DNA from: Dimorphilus gyrociliatus
Lineage: Eukaryota; Animalia; Annelida
Assembly: GCA_904063045.1 (NCBI GenBank)
Contig: CAJFCJ010000020.1
Span: forward strand, 612,916 to 676,915
Length of the DNA: 64,000 nucleotides
Reading direction: 5' to 3'
The translations under genes and the position numbers were made by a program. Shown one piece after another: positions 11,643-26,848 of this stretch. Under the pieces are notes generated by a model that saw only the letters and a program-made list of their open reading frames with translations, was not told the origin of the DNA and did no database searches. Numbering within the stretch: the stretch's first letter is position 1; the number at the start of each line of letters is the position of its first letter.

Positions 11643-13962
11643 TTAAGTTTGAAAAGTGCTTAATTGTTCACTATTTGAATCTATTATTTGGGCGTATTGA
11701 GATGGATTATTAGCATCAACCAATATGTAACCTAAATGGGGCTGTTGCATAGACTGCGATTGAGGCTGCACGTTGTTTATGTCATTATTAACGACCGTAA
11801 AAAAGGTATCACCTGGTGCATAAGTATAGGCAATAGTTTGACTTTCTTCCAGCTTATTGGACTCTGGATGAATCCCTACTGATTTTGCTGCGTCTTGCAT
11901 TAAATAGACAAGACTACTGCTTTCAATTGTATCTTCTTCGGTTCTTTGTTCCTCTGATATTTCATTACTTTCATTAGAGTCTTGACCTGTGGTTATTTTT
12001 GTTACAAAAGATTAATAGAAAAGTCTTTATATTGCATTTTACCTCTATTTGTGTTCAATTCAACTTTATGAGTTTTTTTGAGATGACGATTCAAATGATC
12101 TTGTCTACCAAAAGTTTGCGGACAATATTGACATAAGAAATCTTTCTTTTTCGTATGAACAATTCTGTGCCTCTCTAAGTCTTTTTTGGAAAAAAACTTT
12201 TTAGAGCATACAGAACAATTGTGCTTTTTATCATTTTCAGAAAGTAGAGTTCTTGAACCTAAATGTTTCTTAAGATGATAATCAATTTCTTCTTTTGTTT
12301 CAAACTTCTTATTACAAACTAAACAAGTGAAATCTCCCTTGTCAGCAGCATGAACTGACATATGGGTTTTGTAGCACAAAGATGATTGATAAACTTTATT
12401 GCATTCTTCACATATAAATTGCTTCTTGTTGGGATCGTGCGTATTTAAATGGCTCCTTAGATGATCTCTTCTTGAAAACATCTATATATAAGCTAAGTAA
12501 ATATTAGATATTTACATAATAATTTGCACTAACTCTTGAACAATAAGGACAATTAATAGTCTTCTCTTTATGGTTTAAAGAATGCCTATCCAGCTTGAAC
12601 TTGCTGCTAAACGCTTTATCGCAGGTTGAACATCTGTTTGAAGGAAGAAATATAAAAATACAAAAATTTTTAATATCTATCTCTTCATTTAATCGTACTT
12701 AAAAGGTCTATCTCCCGTATGCATATTGATGTGCGCTGCTAATCTTGAGGATGTCACGAAAACTGCTTCACAATGTGGGCATTTATGCGTCTTTCTGTCA
12801 GCCCAAGTTTGCTTTTTGGCGTCTCGCTTCTTCCTCGTTTCATTCTTCTCACATACTTTACTTTGTTCCACTAAACAACTATCGGAAGTAGATTTTAAAA
12901 CAATTACTACTGCTTTGAAACTTATTTAACAACTAACTTATCTCCATCTTCCATAGAATTATTCATAGCTTGCATGTCTACAGTTTCTAATAGTCTTTTG
13001 TTAGCACTCTTAATTTCTTTTTTATCATCAAGAAAGGCCGCTGTACTCGATCTTTTATTAACCTCAGCTATATCAGAGCTAGAGTGAAGATCTTTTAAGG
13101 CGTCCATCACATGATCTTCCGACATTGAAGATCTTTTTCTACTAGCTACAAAATCGTAAAAATTTAAATTTTTATATTTAGTTGCCAACCAACTTACGTA
13201 ATGGTTTAACATTCATTAATTTAGAATAATTTTCTTCATACCAAACAAGCAATTCCTCATTAGGCTCAATTTCTTTCGTTGTCATGAAATAAATTTCCGA
13301 TTGACATTGATAGGCTACAATGTTTATATCCTCTGCGACTAGTGCCGACCTCAAATAAATCTCCCAACTACATTTATTAGGATCGTTAAGATATATAGTT
13401 GACGAAGATCCATCAAATTGAAATATCTATTTATTAAAAAAAATGTTCCAGATTAGTTAAATGCTTTAAAGAAAACGACTAAAGTTACTTTATAATATTT
13501 AATATGTGTATTATTTTGACTTTCAGAATTTGAACCTTCCAAAGGACCAAAAATTGTGTCTTTAGCAATTCTTTTCTTAGCTATAACTCCATTAGCTGGA
13601 AAAATATTGTTATCTTAGTAAATTTAATATTAATACACATTTTTCATAGATGAAATTACGTTCTGTATCCGACAATTCATCAAATTTTTTCAATTGAAGT
13701 ATAGAGGGTAGAGTCAACTTGGCTCGAGGAGGAAGTAGTTTATCTTTAATTCTGTGCAATATATGCTTCGTACATGGGTTTGTGTATCCTTTCTTACATA
13801 TAGGACACCCTAAAAGGATTTAATAGACACTTCTTTATGGATGAGCTGATTAAGAGACGTCAGAAAAATTAGAAAGATGAAAAAGAAACTTACAATGAAG
13901 AGTATGATCAAAAATCGGTGTTGAAGACGAATTGTCGGACGTACTTAAGGAAGATGGAAAAC
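11643..13962 (-). CDS. PR/SET-domain + PLAG-type C2H2 zinc-finger protein (5' end uncertain; candidate ATG at 14233)
   Basis: Zinc knuckle WCPICKKGYTNPCTKH. PR domain GVIAKKRIAKDTIFGPLEG...CSWEIYLRSA...NIVAYQ...IYFMTTKEIEPNEELLVWY. Fingers KAFSSKFKLDRH, MFSRRDHLRSHLNTHDPNK, HAADKGDFTCLVC and DFLCQYCPQTFGRQDHLNRHLKKTH closely follow PLAG1/PLAGL2. Stop at 11645-11643. Confidence 0.85.
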
Positions 13963-14867
13963 CTGTTAATAAATATGTAATTTAACTTTGTTTAACGGTT
14001 CTATCCTATATTTCGAATCCATCAGGGCGCGCTGTTATGGGGGCAAGTACAGGTAATACCTATTATAATATATCATTCTATCGACATTATATACAAATTT
14101 TATGGAATCTTATGATATGATATATGATTAATTACCTTGTATCATTATGTAACATATAATCTTACAAGCATAAAGTTGTTTTCAAGCAACTTGTATTAAC
14201 CAATTTCTCCAACGCAACCCAAACAGACGCCATTTCCTTTCATATAATGGAATACGAACCCGGTTATTGCCTATTGTATCACGTGACTAGTCTTCTGAAA
14301 GTTAATTTAACATCATTAATATTTTAGGAAAATTGACCATCTTAATGTTCATTATTTTGCCAATTCTGTTTTATAATTAGTCTTCTGGGAAATTTTTATA
14401 GTGAGTAATATTCATACAGAATAAAAAAATACCCCCAACATATACTTTTTAATAGAACGAAGAACAACTGATAGTTTACATTTAGTAAATATAATTCGAT
14501 AATTATGTAATGCAACAATATACAGGTATTTATGTTGATCATAATAATTTACTATCATCTATCCTATATGATTATTTATGTAATTCTGTTAAAACGTTGA
14601 ACTATAGTTGAAATATAAAAGAGCTAAATAATAATAAAAAAACCCCTTTCAGACTGATTACACCGTATGGTGTTTTCTTAAATTGCGGCTTTTAATTATG
14701 CACATTGAATGTTACACTTTTAAAAAACTGCCGATTTCCATTCAATTTTAAAAGGTGGCTGATACAGTATTGACTCGCTTGCGCTTTTCCATATGCTTTT
14801 TCTGTTCTATTCACCGATGTGACCTGTGAAATTCGCCAAGCGATCAATATAACGAAGAGTTTATAAA

Positions 14868-16085
14868 ATGATAAAGCACTATCTTAGGAGAATATCTTGC
14901 TTTGTAACGCTTTTATTTTGGATTCCTGTAATGACATATATTTTGTTAAAGTTTACAAGGAATAGCAAATCGAATAACTTTCAAATGAATGATATGAATA
15001 GTCAATTACTGAAGTATCAACGAGATGGAAGGCATAATTTAAATGTAGAGAAAGAATTTAGCTTATACAATTGCTCAGAGACTGATTTAAAACGCATTAA
15101 AAGAAATGGTATTGTGCAATATTCTTTAATTGAAGAAAAATGCGAGGAGTTAAGTAAATTTAGGAGATATTTGGCCTCCTTTCCGAAAGAGAAATCTGAC
15201 AGCGCCATTTACTACCTTGTTAAAACGGAGAGATCTGAAATGATGATTGATGGTTTGATTAATATTTATTCAAGGTTTAATAAGAAATTTAATTATCCAA
15301 TCATATTGTTTCATGAACAAAAACTATCACAGCAATTGAAAGATGAATTCAGAAATATCTGTCCAAAGTGTAATCTATTTTTTCAGCTTATAAACTTTAC
15401 CGTTCCAACGCAATATAAAAGGAATTTACCTTTGATCGATAAATTACTTGTAAAGGATGCTGGTAAAGGTCGGATTTGCTCTAGAGCAGAGGATGTTAAC
15501 TATAGAACGATGTGCAGATTTCAGTCTTTTCTTGTGTACGAAGAACCTATTCTAGATCATTTAGAATATATATGGCGTTTAGATGACGATTCTCGAATAC
15601 TTTCTGATATTAATTACGATGTGTTTAACTTTATGAGAGCAAAAAAATTACTTTATGGATGGACGGTGGTCACTCAGGATGAAGTTTTATGTGTTAAGAA
15701 TTTATGGGAAGCAGTAAATTTATATGTTGAGGTCAATCTTTTAAACCGTACATGTTTTTTTCACAAGTGGCCTTATCCTCTCATTTTTATGAATAACTTT
15801 GAAATAAGCTCCGTTTCTCTCTTTAAATCGGACAGCTATACAAAATTTATATCTTATCTTGATAATTTAGGGGGTATTTATAGGTATAGATGGGGTGATG
15901 CCCCAATAAAGACCATAGCTGTTAGTTTATTTGTCTCATTGAATCAAGTTCATTATTTTGAGGACATAGAATATAATCATGGAGGAATGAGGAATCCTCC
16001 AGATCCAAAGAGGGTGCAAATTAATTGGCAAATAGATCCAAAGAAGATATTTGACTTCAAGTTTAATCCAAAAAAACATTTTTAA
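14868..16085 (+). CDS. GT15 family alpha-1,2-mannosyltransferase-like protein (Kre2/Ktr/Mnt type), type II membrane, intronless
   Basis: 405-aa single ORF with an N-terminal anchor (CFVTLLFWIPVMTYILL). Motifs RFNKKFNYPIILF, YRTMCRF, YIWRLDDDS, DINYDVFNFM, NNFEIS and GGIYRYRWGDAP are characteristic of Glyco_transf_15. Confidence 0.88.
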   Translation: MIKHYLRRISCFVTLLFWIPVMTYILLKFTRNSKSNNFQMNDMNSQLLKYQRDGRHNLNVEKEFSLYNCSETDLKRIKRNGIVQYSLIEEKCEELSKFRRYLASFPKEKSDSAIYYLVKTERSEMMIDGLINIYSRFNKKFNYPIILFHEQKLSQQLKDEFRNICPKCNLFFQLINFTVPTQYKRNLPLIDKLLVKDAGKGRICSRAEDVNYRTMCRFQSFLVYEEPILDHLEYIWRLDDDSRILSDINYDVFNFMRAKKLLYGWTVVTQDEVLCVKNLWEAVNLYVEVNLLNRTCFFHKWPYPLIFMNNFEISSVSLFKSDSYTKFISYLDNLGGIYRYRWGDAPIKTIAVSLFVSLNQVHYFEDIEYNHGGMRNPPDPKRVQINWQIDPKKIFDFKFNPKKHF

Positions 16086-16485
16086 TCTCAGAATCGAAAG
16101 TTCTATTATTTCAAAACACTTTGTTATATTTTGGAAGTATGAAATATAATATAACATAACAATTGTTCCTTTAACTTTTACTTTTGTTTATTTTTAGAAA
16201 AAATATTGCATTCTTGTTTTGCAGTTACATTGTAGTATTTAATCTAAAATATTCTATTTTTTTATCACACAATCAATGTTTACATTGATATAAAGAAAAT
16301 AGTTCATATTTCTCTTGTTTTTCAAAAAATACTTCCACAAAGATATTTAATAGAGTATATAGTTTAAATTAGTTAATGAAAAGTCATAATAGCAATATTT
16401 CCATTCTTTTTTTTAACAACTATATTAACAATATAAGAAAGAGCCTAATAACAACCAACAAATATCACATGCATCCTATTGCTTA

Positions 16486-18897
16486 TTAGGACCAGCTAGT
16501 GTCATATTTGGTCCACGTTGAAGGGGGAGAAAAATATACTCGCTTTTTGTTTAGCAGAAAAGGAATAATTCCTCTATAACCCATACGAGGAACACCTGAC
16601 TGTTATTGATAATGAAAAGATAGACGATTAATTTATTTCATTATGAGTAAACAGTCAATAATCTTACCTTAAAATCGTCCATAATTCCCATTCTCTTTGC
16701 CAAAGACTTGAAATCATTTTTGGTTACATACTCAATACGAACCTCCTTATGACTGGGATTTGTATTCTTGAGCACATCATTGATGGATACCAGAGGCAAT
16801 TTGTATATCCCTTTTACCCATTCAGAATCGTATCGATCCTAACAGAAACGTCATAAGATATTATCAATCATTTTAATAATAAGGAAATAAATTAAAATCA
16901 CCTTAGTTAAATAACTTAAATCTAATTTTGTAAAAGGCACAAATTTGGTATTCATTTTTATAAATTTGAGATGTTTATCAAAGAATTGCCCTCTGAAAAA
17001 GAGAAATAGGAAAAGATTGACGCGCATGTCCAAGTTTCAATAGGAAAATATTGAGCCTACTTGCTAACTCCCTTCTTCCCATGAGGGGAAATTTCTGTAC
17101 GAGGAATTTCTGGCCGAATGCACTGGCGATCTCTCCGTTGATCCGGTTGTCGCAACCAATCATCCCAAAATCTACATGAAAGATAAAAAAATGATTGTTT
17201 AGCTACTCTAATATCTCCATAGGTTCTTTTTGGTAAGTCGGGTCGTTAAGCTTGTTTATCTTATTTATTGAGCTATTTTATCAATATCCATTTAAGACTA
17301 GCAACTACAAATAAATATCACGTTGCACTATGTTAAACAGTAGGAAATTTTAAAGTGTATATTTAAACTTCCTATAAGATATGTTTTAAATAAAGCTGCT
17401 AGTTCAGACAAGCAATAGTTGTGTGTGCATAGGATATGGAAAATTATTGCTATTCTATAAACAAAGCTAACTACAGCCATTTATAAAGAATATCTAATTT
17501 GCTGCTTTTTATTCACTCTGGCTGACTCCTATCTATAACCTATATTTAACTCCTGTCTTAATAAGGCAGCCAGCTGTGAAACGCCCGTAAAGTTATATGA
17601 AATATATTCTTGACGATCCATTCATACTAACCCTTTTGGCCATTTATCTCGTAACTCAGACCACAGATTACTTGTAATCATCCATCCGAGACCAGGAAAG
17701 AAATCAGTCCTATACAATTTTTCTAGAAAAGAATACATGTTCCTTAGTTAGATAATTTTTTCAGAACAAAAGATAAAGTTACCATTTTGCGAATTATCAA
17801 CCATTGACTCTTTACCATTATCGTTCCACGCAGAGACGCAGAAAAGACTTGGATCTTTCATAAGATAAGGGTAAAGAGCTTCCATATATTCGAAAAAGTC
17901 CTTAGCAAATACCAAGTCATCTTCCACTATTATTGCAGCTTTATAGCCTTTTATGTCAAAGACTTGAGTTAAAGCCCATTTGTAGTGACGTGATATTTTG
18001 TAATACCCCTGAAGGAAAAAAAGTTTTTTTCGAATATGTCGTCTAATGTTTAAGAAAAAACAAAATTACCTCTAGCTTTTTTTCTTTGGGCTTGAGATCT
18101 TTTATTGGTGACTGATCAGGTTGCTGAGTGAAATGTTTGATCTCGTTACCAAACGATCGAACAACATCTGCAGTTGGTTGATGCATGCAGTCTTGACTTA
18201 CAACAATAGGAAATCGACTACTGGACGGTCTGGTATCAATAAGATTCTTCAGAGATGCCCGTAAGGCTTCAGGTCGGTTACAGGCAATCATTAAGATTGG
18301 TATTTGAATTTCTGACCCTAAATTATCATTTATAGGCTCTCTTTTAAAAATATCTGCAAGAAGATAACAATTCATTTTATTTTTATTAAATAAATATCAG
18401 TTGCAAAAATTTACCCATTTTATTATTTCCCTCCAGTTCCATTTTTAAACCCTGTAGCTGTTTTAATAAATATTGGTTCCATTCTCCTTGGCTTGCGATT
18501 GCATCAGCTAGGTCTTTTAATTTTTCAGTCAATTGCACCTTTTCTTCAGGCTGAAGTACATTAGGCAGATACTTTCCTTGAGTCTGTTAGGTTATAAGTT
18601 GTCATGCACTAAGCTCATGCTTGTTAATACTATAAATCAGTTATTTTTAACAATTATTAACGATTATTTTTGTATATTATTTTACAAATTTTAGATAAAA
18701 AGCAAGGAAAAACAATACGTAATGATTTCAGACATTAATAAGCTAGGAAGAACCGAGCTGTAATCTCGTATGACGAGGAGATACACTAACGATTGGCATT
18801 TACTTACCCTGGGCCTCGTAAACAGGTATATATAAGCAATCACATTCCAAATCAGAAAAATGGCAATTAATGTAAAAGTAACATGCTTCCTTCTCAT
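16486..18897 (-). CDS. MGAT1: Alpha-1,3-mannosyl-glycoprotein 2-beta-N-acetylglucosaminyltransferase (GnT-I, GT13)
   Basis: Signal anchor [22 protein letters not shown]. Motifs [40 protein letters not shown]...[17 protein letters not shown] and the C-terminal WTKYDTSWS. Multi-exon. Confidence 0.95.
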
Positions 18898-19123
18898 TGC
18901 CAGTAGTCATGACACGTAAGTCAAATCCACTTCCAGGAGTTAATTTAGAATATCTGAATAAAATTAAAATTGGATAATTATTAATAAAACAATGCTAGAA
19001 TACAAAATGTCCAATGTTACAATGTTTATATGTTTACAAATATATCATTTTCTACAATAGAAAACTCGTATATTCGTAATTCTCTTATTTTGTCTGCTAA
19101 AAAACTGATGTTTAAAGTAAATG

Positions 19124-19149
19124 TATATATATATATATATATATATATA
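19124..19149. repeat. (TA)13 microsatellite
   Basis: Perfect TA run. Confidence 0.9.
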
Positions 19150-21840
19150 GCTTATAAAGAATATATGTAAATTATAGACGCTTAAAATAATGAATAAATA
19201 CAGATCACTATGCATATGCATACACATCATATACGGACAATACATTCAGTTCTCCAAATTATGATTAATAAATGGTAAAAAACAAAATATACATAGCCAA
19301 ACAAGCTGAACGATTTCAACTATCAATTTCCAATTTGCAGTCAATTTCATTGTTCTGTTTTATCATTTTACATATAAATTTTTTTTCTCTGTTTATCTAT
19401 TCTATTTTATATCTATCTTGATATCAATCATACCTCCTTATTCAACTGAATAAATTATAACTTTCGAAGAAATTATCTAAATTACAATTTAATATTTCCC
19501 TGCAAAGATTGATAACATTGATTTTTTTTTTATTTAAAGATTAACTAAACGCATTACTGTCTATGTTCTATCAGAGAATAATTTAATTAAACCACGTCAC
19601 TATTTACCCCTACAAATTACAATATTAAAGCGTTGTTTCGTCTACATTATAACTATATTTACGTCAGCAGAAATCAATATAAATATATATATATGATCGT
19701 AAAATATAGTTTAAAACTTCTATAATAAAGAAAAAGTATGAACAGAAAATTCAATATTACCGAGCTAGAAACAAATGAAGAATTCTAATCGACTTTGCAT
19801 TAATATTTTATTGTGTAAATTTGAAAAACAGATCAACAAAATCCTTAGATACTTAATCTCTCTTTTAATAAATTGAAAATTATTTCGAACAAAAATGTTT
19901 TTAAATGAACAAGATATAACACGTTTCGCTTATTTAACTATGAGATTATTCATTACCCATATTGATAATTTGATCTTATAGATACTTTCTCTTACGCTGA
20001 GCAACGCTCCTAAATATTTAATTAATTTATTGAAAATTTACAGGTAAAATTTATAGAATGTAAAAATATAAACTATTCCGTATCCTATCTTATCTTTTAT
20101 AAACCAGGTCAAAAGTTCTTTTTTTAACTCAATCTGGTGTTTTTAAGGCGGCTGGCAGATACCAGAAAATCAAATATAAAAATTAGATATAGTAGTGAAA
20201 CATTTGTAAGCTCTATTTAAATTCAATAAAATATACTAATAAAAGAAGTACGTTTATATTTTAAAAAAAAAAGACAATTATAGAGATTTTTTAAAAATAT
20301 ATTTTGGTTGTTCATTCATCCTGTATTTACTGTAATCTTATCAGATTTTAGAAACTTTTGCCCAATGATCAATAATAATTTTCTCAGAAAACCTTTTAGA
20401 GAGTTTAGAATCTTCCATTGATGAAATGAATCAGTATATTATTTAAATAAATAAGCTATTCAAAAACACAACACCGGTGATAAATAAACTGCTTTTTACA
20501 TTGACAGGAAATAAAGATAATACCTAAAAATCTCAAACAATGCACAAGATCTTTTTTCTATCCAAGCCGAAGCCAACTTTCGTCCAATCGATTTACCAGC
20601 AATAAATAATCAACAAAAATTAGTTGACGTTCAACGTTGTCACCTCACGTGCCTTAAACGGTATTTTACGAGATCTGATGGTAAACCTAGAATGCGAACG
20701 GAGTTAGATCTTACTAATATGCTCCTATAATATACTCTCATGCCATTTTGCTATTTTAATGTCATTGTCTAACATTTAAAGACTTTTTCATTATTAATTA
20801 ATGAAATGAAGTCAACGTAATCAAACTTTAATACATATATATATGAACTATTAGTTTATTTATATTGTGACAGTCATTCAACGAATCGTTCATATTCTTA
20901 TTATCTCATTTATTATATAAGATATACAAAACTTGTCAAGAAATCCGTAAAGTAATAAACTTTTACTTTTTATAATCACCACATAAGCGCTGATCATAGG
21001 AAATACACCAAATGATCATTCTCTTTGCAATGAAACGCTATATTAGAGAGACTTTAGTGAAATGAATGTTTTTCAGTTATTAATGAGCTAGAGAATTGCA
21101 AAATTTCTATAAGTTTTAAAAAGGTTATGACATTTTCTTCTATGTTTAACATTATTGACAATTAATGTCTTTTTCTCTTACATCTATTATTTATGTCCAA
21201 TGAAAGTAAAATAGAGAAGAATGTTTTGTATAAAGTAAAGAATAACAACCGAAATTCTTCCTGAGTAGACTGCTTATTTGCATTTGCAGGGTGATTTATA
21301 CATTTTCGACAATATAATCAATTTATGTTTGTATCATTAAAAGTATTTGTCTTTGAAATGGCTTAAAGAGGATAAAGATAAAGATCTGCTTTCTAAAAAT
21401 ATCACCTCTTTTTATATGAAAATTCTATTTGTCACTTGTAATTAGTTATCTTTTATAATTGAATGAAAAACGGAATGGGCATGGTAATTGTCTAATTACG
21501 GTTTCTAAAAATAGAATGTTTTCTTCTTCGCATTTATTTTATTATTACATCATTTGCTCATTATGTTTGAATAGGCATATTTAATTAAAATTACATTGTT
21601 TAATAAAACTGAGTTGTATTTTGTTAATATTTATACTAACTTAGTTTGTCTTTCCCATATCCAACTTTTAAATACACCCATTTTTCAAATTATCAGTATA
21701 TTTACCCTTATCACAACTTATTCAGTTCGAAAATAAATGAAAATAATTTCATTAGCTACAAAGGGTTTCAGTTTAGTTTTAAACTCACTGTTTAGCGGAA
21801 CTTTTATTTTAATATTAAATAAAATATATTGGGAATTCCA

Positions 21841-23067
21841 ATGACGTCATATCTTACAGTAGTCTTTCCCCTAATCCGACATTTTCCCGCGCTTCAATCT
21901 ACGAAATTTCTCAATTCTAGATATCTGTTTAGTCTAAAGGTAAAGGAGGATGGATTGTTTTTCCTTCCTATACAATTATTATATCAATAATTCTTTCTTT
22001 TGATTGAATACAGGACCAAAAGGATATGAGTGAAATAGGCGAAGATTCAAAATATTTCGTCAAATCAACGAAAACCAGAGGAAAGGGAAAAGTGAAAAAA
22101 GAAAAACGAACAAGCTCTGAAGCCGAAAACCACGAAATAGACTTGAAAAAAGAAAAATGGGAACCTGAAAATTGGAAAATTCATATAAAAAATATAGAAA
22201 AAATGAGATCTGAAAGAGAGGCTCCAGTTGATACTATGGGTTGTGATGCTGTAGGTTTTTATTTCTCTTAAATGACTTATTTTATGCACAATCTAATATG
22301 TTAAGGTTGGCGATAAGAAAGCTGAGGGACATGTATATAGATATCAAGTTCTTATATCCTTAATGCTCTCCAGTCAAACAAAAGACCAAGTTAATGACGC
22401 AGCCATGTCAAAATTGAAAAAACACGGCTGCAATATTGATAATATACTGAAAACAGAAGATGACTTACTTCAGGAATTAATTTATCCCGTCAGCTTTTAT
22501 AGAACTAAAGTTAAAAACATAAAAAAGACTACAAAAATTTTAAAAGACAAATTCAAAGGCGATGTTCCAGATAATCTAGACGATCTATTGGCTTTACCGG
22601 GGATAGGACCGAAAATGGCTTTTCTTATATTACGCAGTGCATGGAATAAACTAGAAGGAATTGGCGTTGATACACACGTTCATAGAATTTCTAATAGGTT
22701 AAAATGGTTGCAAAAGCCAACAAAAACTCCAGAACAAACAAGACATGGTTTGGAAGATTGGTTACCGAAGTAATTCACTATATAAATATATATTAAACTT
22801 CTTTAATATTTTGTTCGGTTTTGTTAATTAAAACTAAAACTTTTCAGAGAGTATTGGGATACAGTCAATCATCTTCTCGTTGGCTTCGGCCAAACAATTT
22901 GTGCTCCAGTCAGACCAAAGTGCTCCGAATGTTTAAATAAAGACATCTGTCCCTCATTTGAAGGATTAAAATCAACAAAATCTGTCAGAAAACCTAAAAC
23001 GAGAAAGATTTCTAAGGAAGACAAAGTAGAAATTAAGGAAGAAACAAAAGAAGAGATTAATACTTAA
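21841..23067 (+). CDS. NTHL1: Endonuclease III-like DNA glycosylase
   Basis: [25 protein letters not shown], HhH motif [27 protein letters not shown] and the 4Fe-4S motif [17 protein letters not shown]. An in-frame upstream exon 21841-21939 splices to 22014; a second ATG lies at 22026. Confidence 0.95.
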
Positions 23068-23170
23068 AATTGACGTATTGTGTTCATTTTAAAAATCGTA
23101 CTACTTGAAAAGTATTAATTTTTTTAAAATAAAAAACTTTGATCAAAGTAATGAACATAAGTTATTAAAT

Positions 23171-23650
23171 ATGGATTCAAGTCGATCAAAACAATTTTAC
23201 AACAGTTCCGCTCGAGAAATGGGTGTTTTGATCGATAGTATATATGATCATTTTAATAAAATCAGTATAGATATGGAAGAATATAAAGAAGAACTGAAAA
23301 AAGAAAAGGAAGAGAATATAAAATTGATTCTATTGGTTGAAGAGACAAGGCGAAAAAGTAGTGACTATGTGAGAAGCGTTGAACAATTAAAACTAGGTCG
23401 CTCCATAAAGAATAGTGATAATTCACATACTTTTCTAAAATACAAAAATTACAATTTAGGTCTTTATGGATTCGCACCTGGTTTTCAAACAATTACAAAA
23501 GGCAGATGGAAAATTAAACAAGAAAGTAATGCTGTTCTAAATAACAACACAATTGAAGAAACGTCTACGAAAGGTAGAGAAAGAAAAGTGAAAAATATGA
23601 TAAATACAACGTTTAAAAGTCGGATACCTCAGAGAATTAAACTTCATTAG
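23171..23650 (+). CDS. Orphan ORF (~159 aa) with a short coiled coil
   Basis: Uninterrupted ORF in AT-rich DNA with the heptad-like stretch MEEYKEELKKEKEENIKLILLVEETRRK. No family recognised. Confidence 0.45.
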   Translation: MDSSRSKQFYNSSAREMGVLIDSIYDHFNKISIDMEEYKEELKKEKEENIKLILLVEETRRKSSDYVRSVEQLKLGRSIKNSDNSHTFLKYKNYNLGLYGFAPGFQTITKGRWKIKQESNAVLNNNTIEETSTKGRERKVKNMINTTFKSRIPQRIKLH

Positions 23651-24174
23651 CACAAATGGCTTATTAATTTGAGTAGGTCTTTGTAATAGGTAGAATAAAT
23701 AGTGCATTTCAGAAAAAATGAAAAAAACACTGCATGCAAGAAAAAAGTGATGAACTATTTTAGTTGCAGTCTGCAAAGACAGTCTAGGGTGAAATACGAT
23801 ATTTTTTGAAATATATCTTCACTAAGTGTGAGACAATATAAACTGACATAACATATTTGCATAGTACTATTAACTTAAACTCAATGACAAGTTTGATAAA
23901 AAAGCATCGTTATCTTGTACACACTGCGGACTAGAAGACAATATAGCTATTAGTAAAACTACCATACAACTAAGCATGTATACCAAGTGTACACGGATAT
24001 ATATTTTTTAGTTCCAAATAAGTCCATAAAACTATAAATTATATAATTCAAAATGTTTAGTATGATTACATATATAAATATATAGATATATATGTATGTT
24101 AATATATATATATATATATGCATATGTATAGTAATATATATATATGTATATATTTATATTAATTCATAGACTTT

Positions 24175-26496
<2,322 letters not shown>

Positions 26497-26848
26497 TTTT
26501 TCAGTTTTTGACCTGATTTAGAGATTTTAAACGAATGACGTTTCCGCTTCCGGCAGCATCAGCAAAAACATCTTCGTATAAAGATAATTTGTCGTATTTT
26601 TAACTTTTTCTTGTAGTAAAACATTTTCTTAAATTGAATAAAAAATATAAAGACTTTAAAACTTCTTTTTAGAGTTTTAAACATAAATATCTTAGTGACA
26701 TCTGCATTTTTTTCTATGACGTTCTACTTATTGGTCTAATTATTATCGTAATATCAACTGAAGAGGATTTTTATAATAGATCGTAGTAATTGTGTAATTG
26801 TTTTATGAAACATGAGAGGTAAATAAATACACTCATGACACAACATTG

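Noticed and set aside
18900-21840. 2.9-kb gap with no gene in a dense genome
   Set aside because: Probably a long 5'UTR intron of MGAT1 (acceptor near 18955, donor-like site near 21705). The exon-like stretch at 20508-20730 has stops or no ATG in usable frames.
23747-23846. C box (GTGATGA) and D box (CTGA) about 100 nt apart, a possible C/D snoRNA
   Set aside because: No terminal stem, no clear C'/D' boxes and no recognisable rRNA guide.
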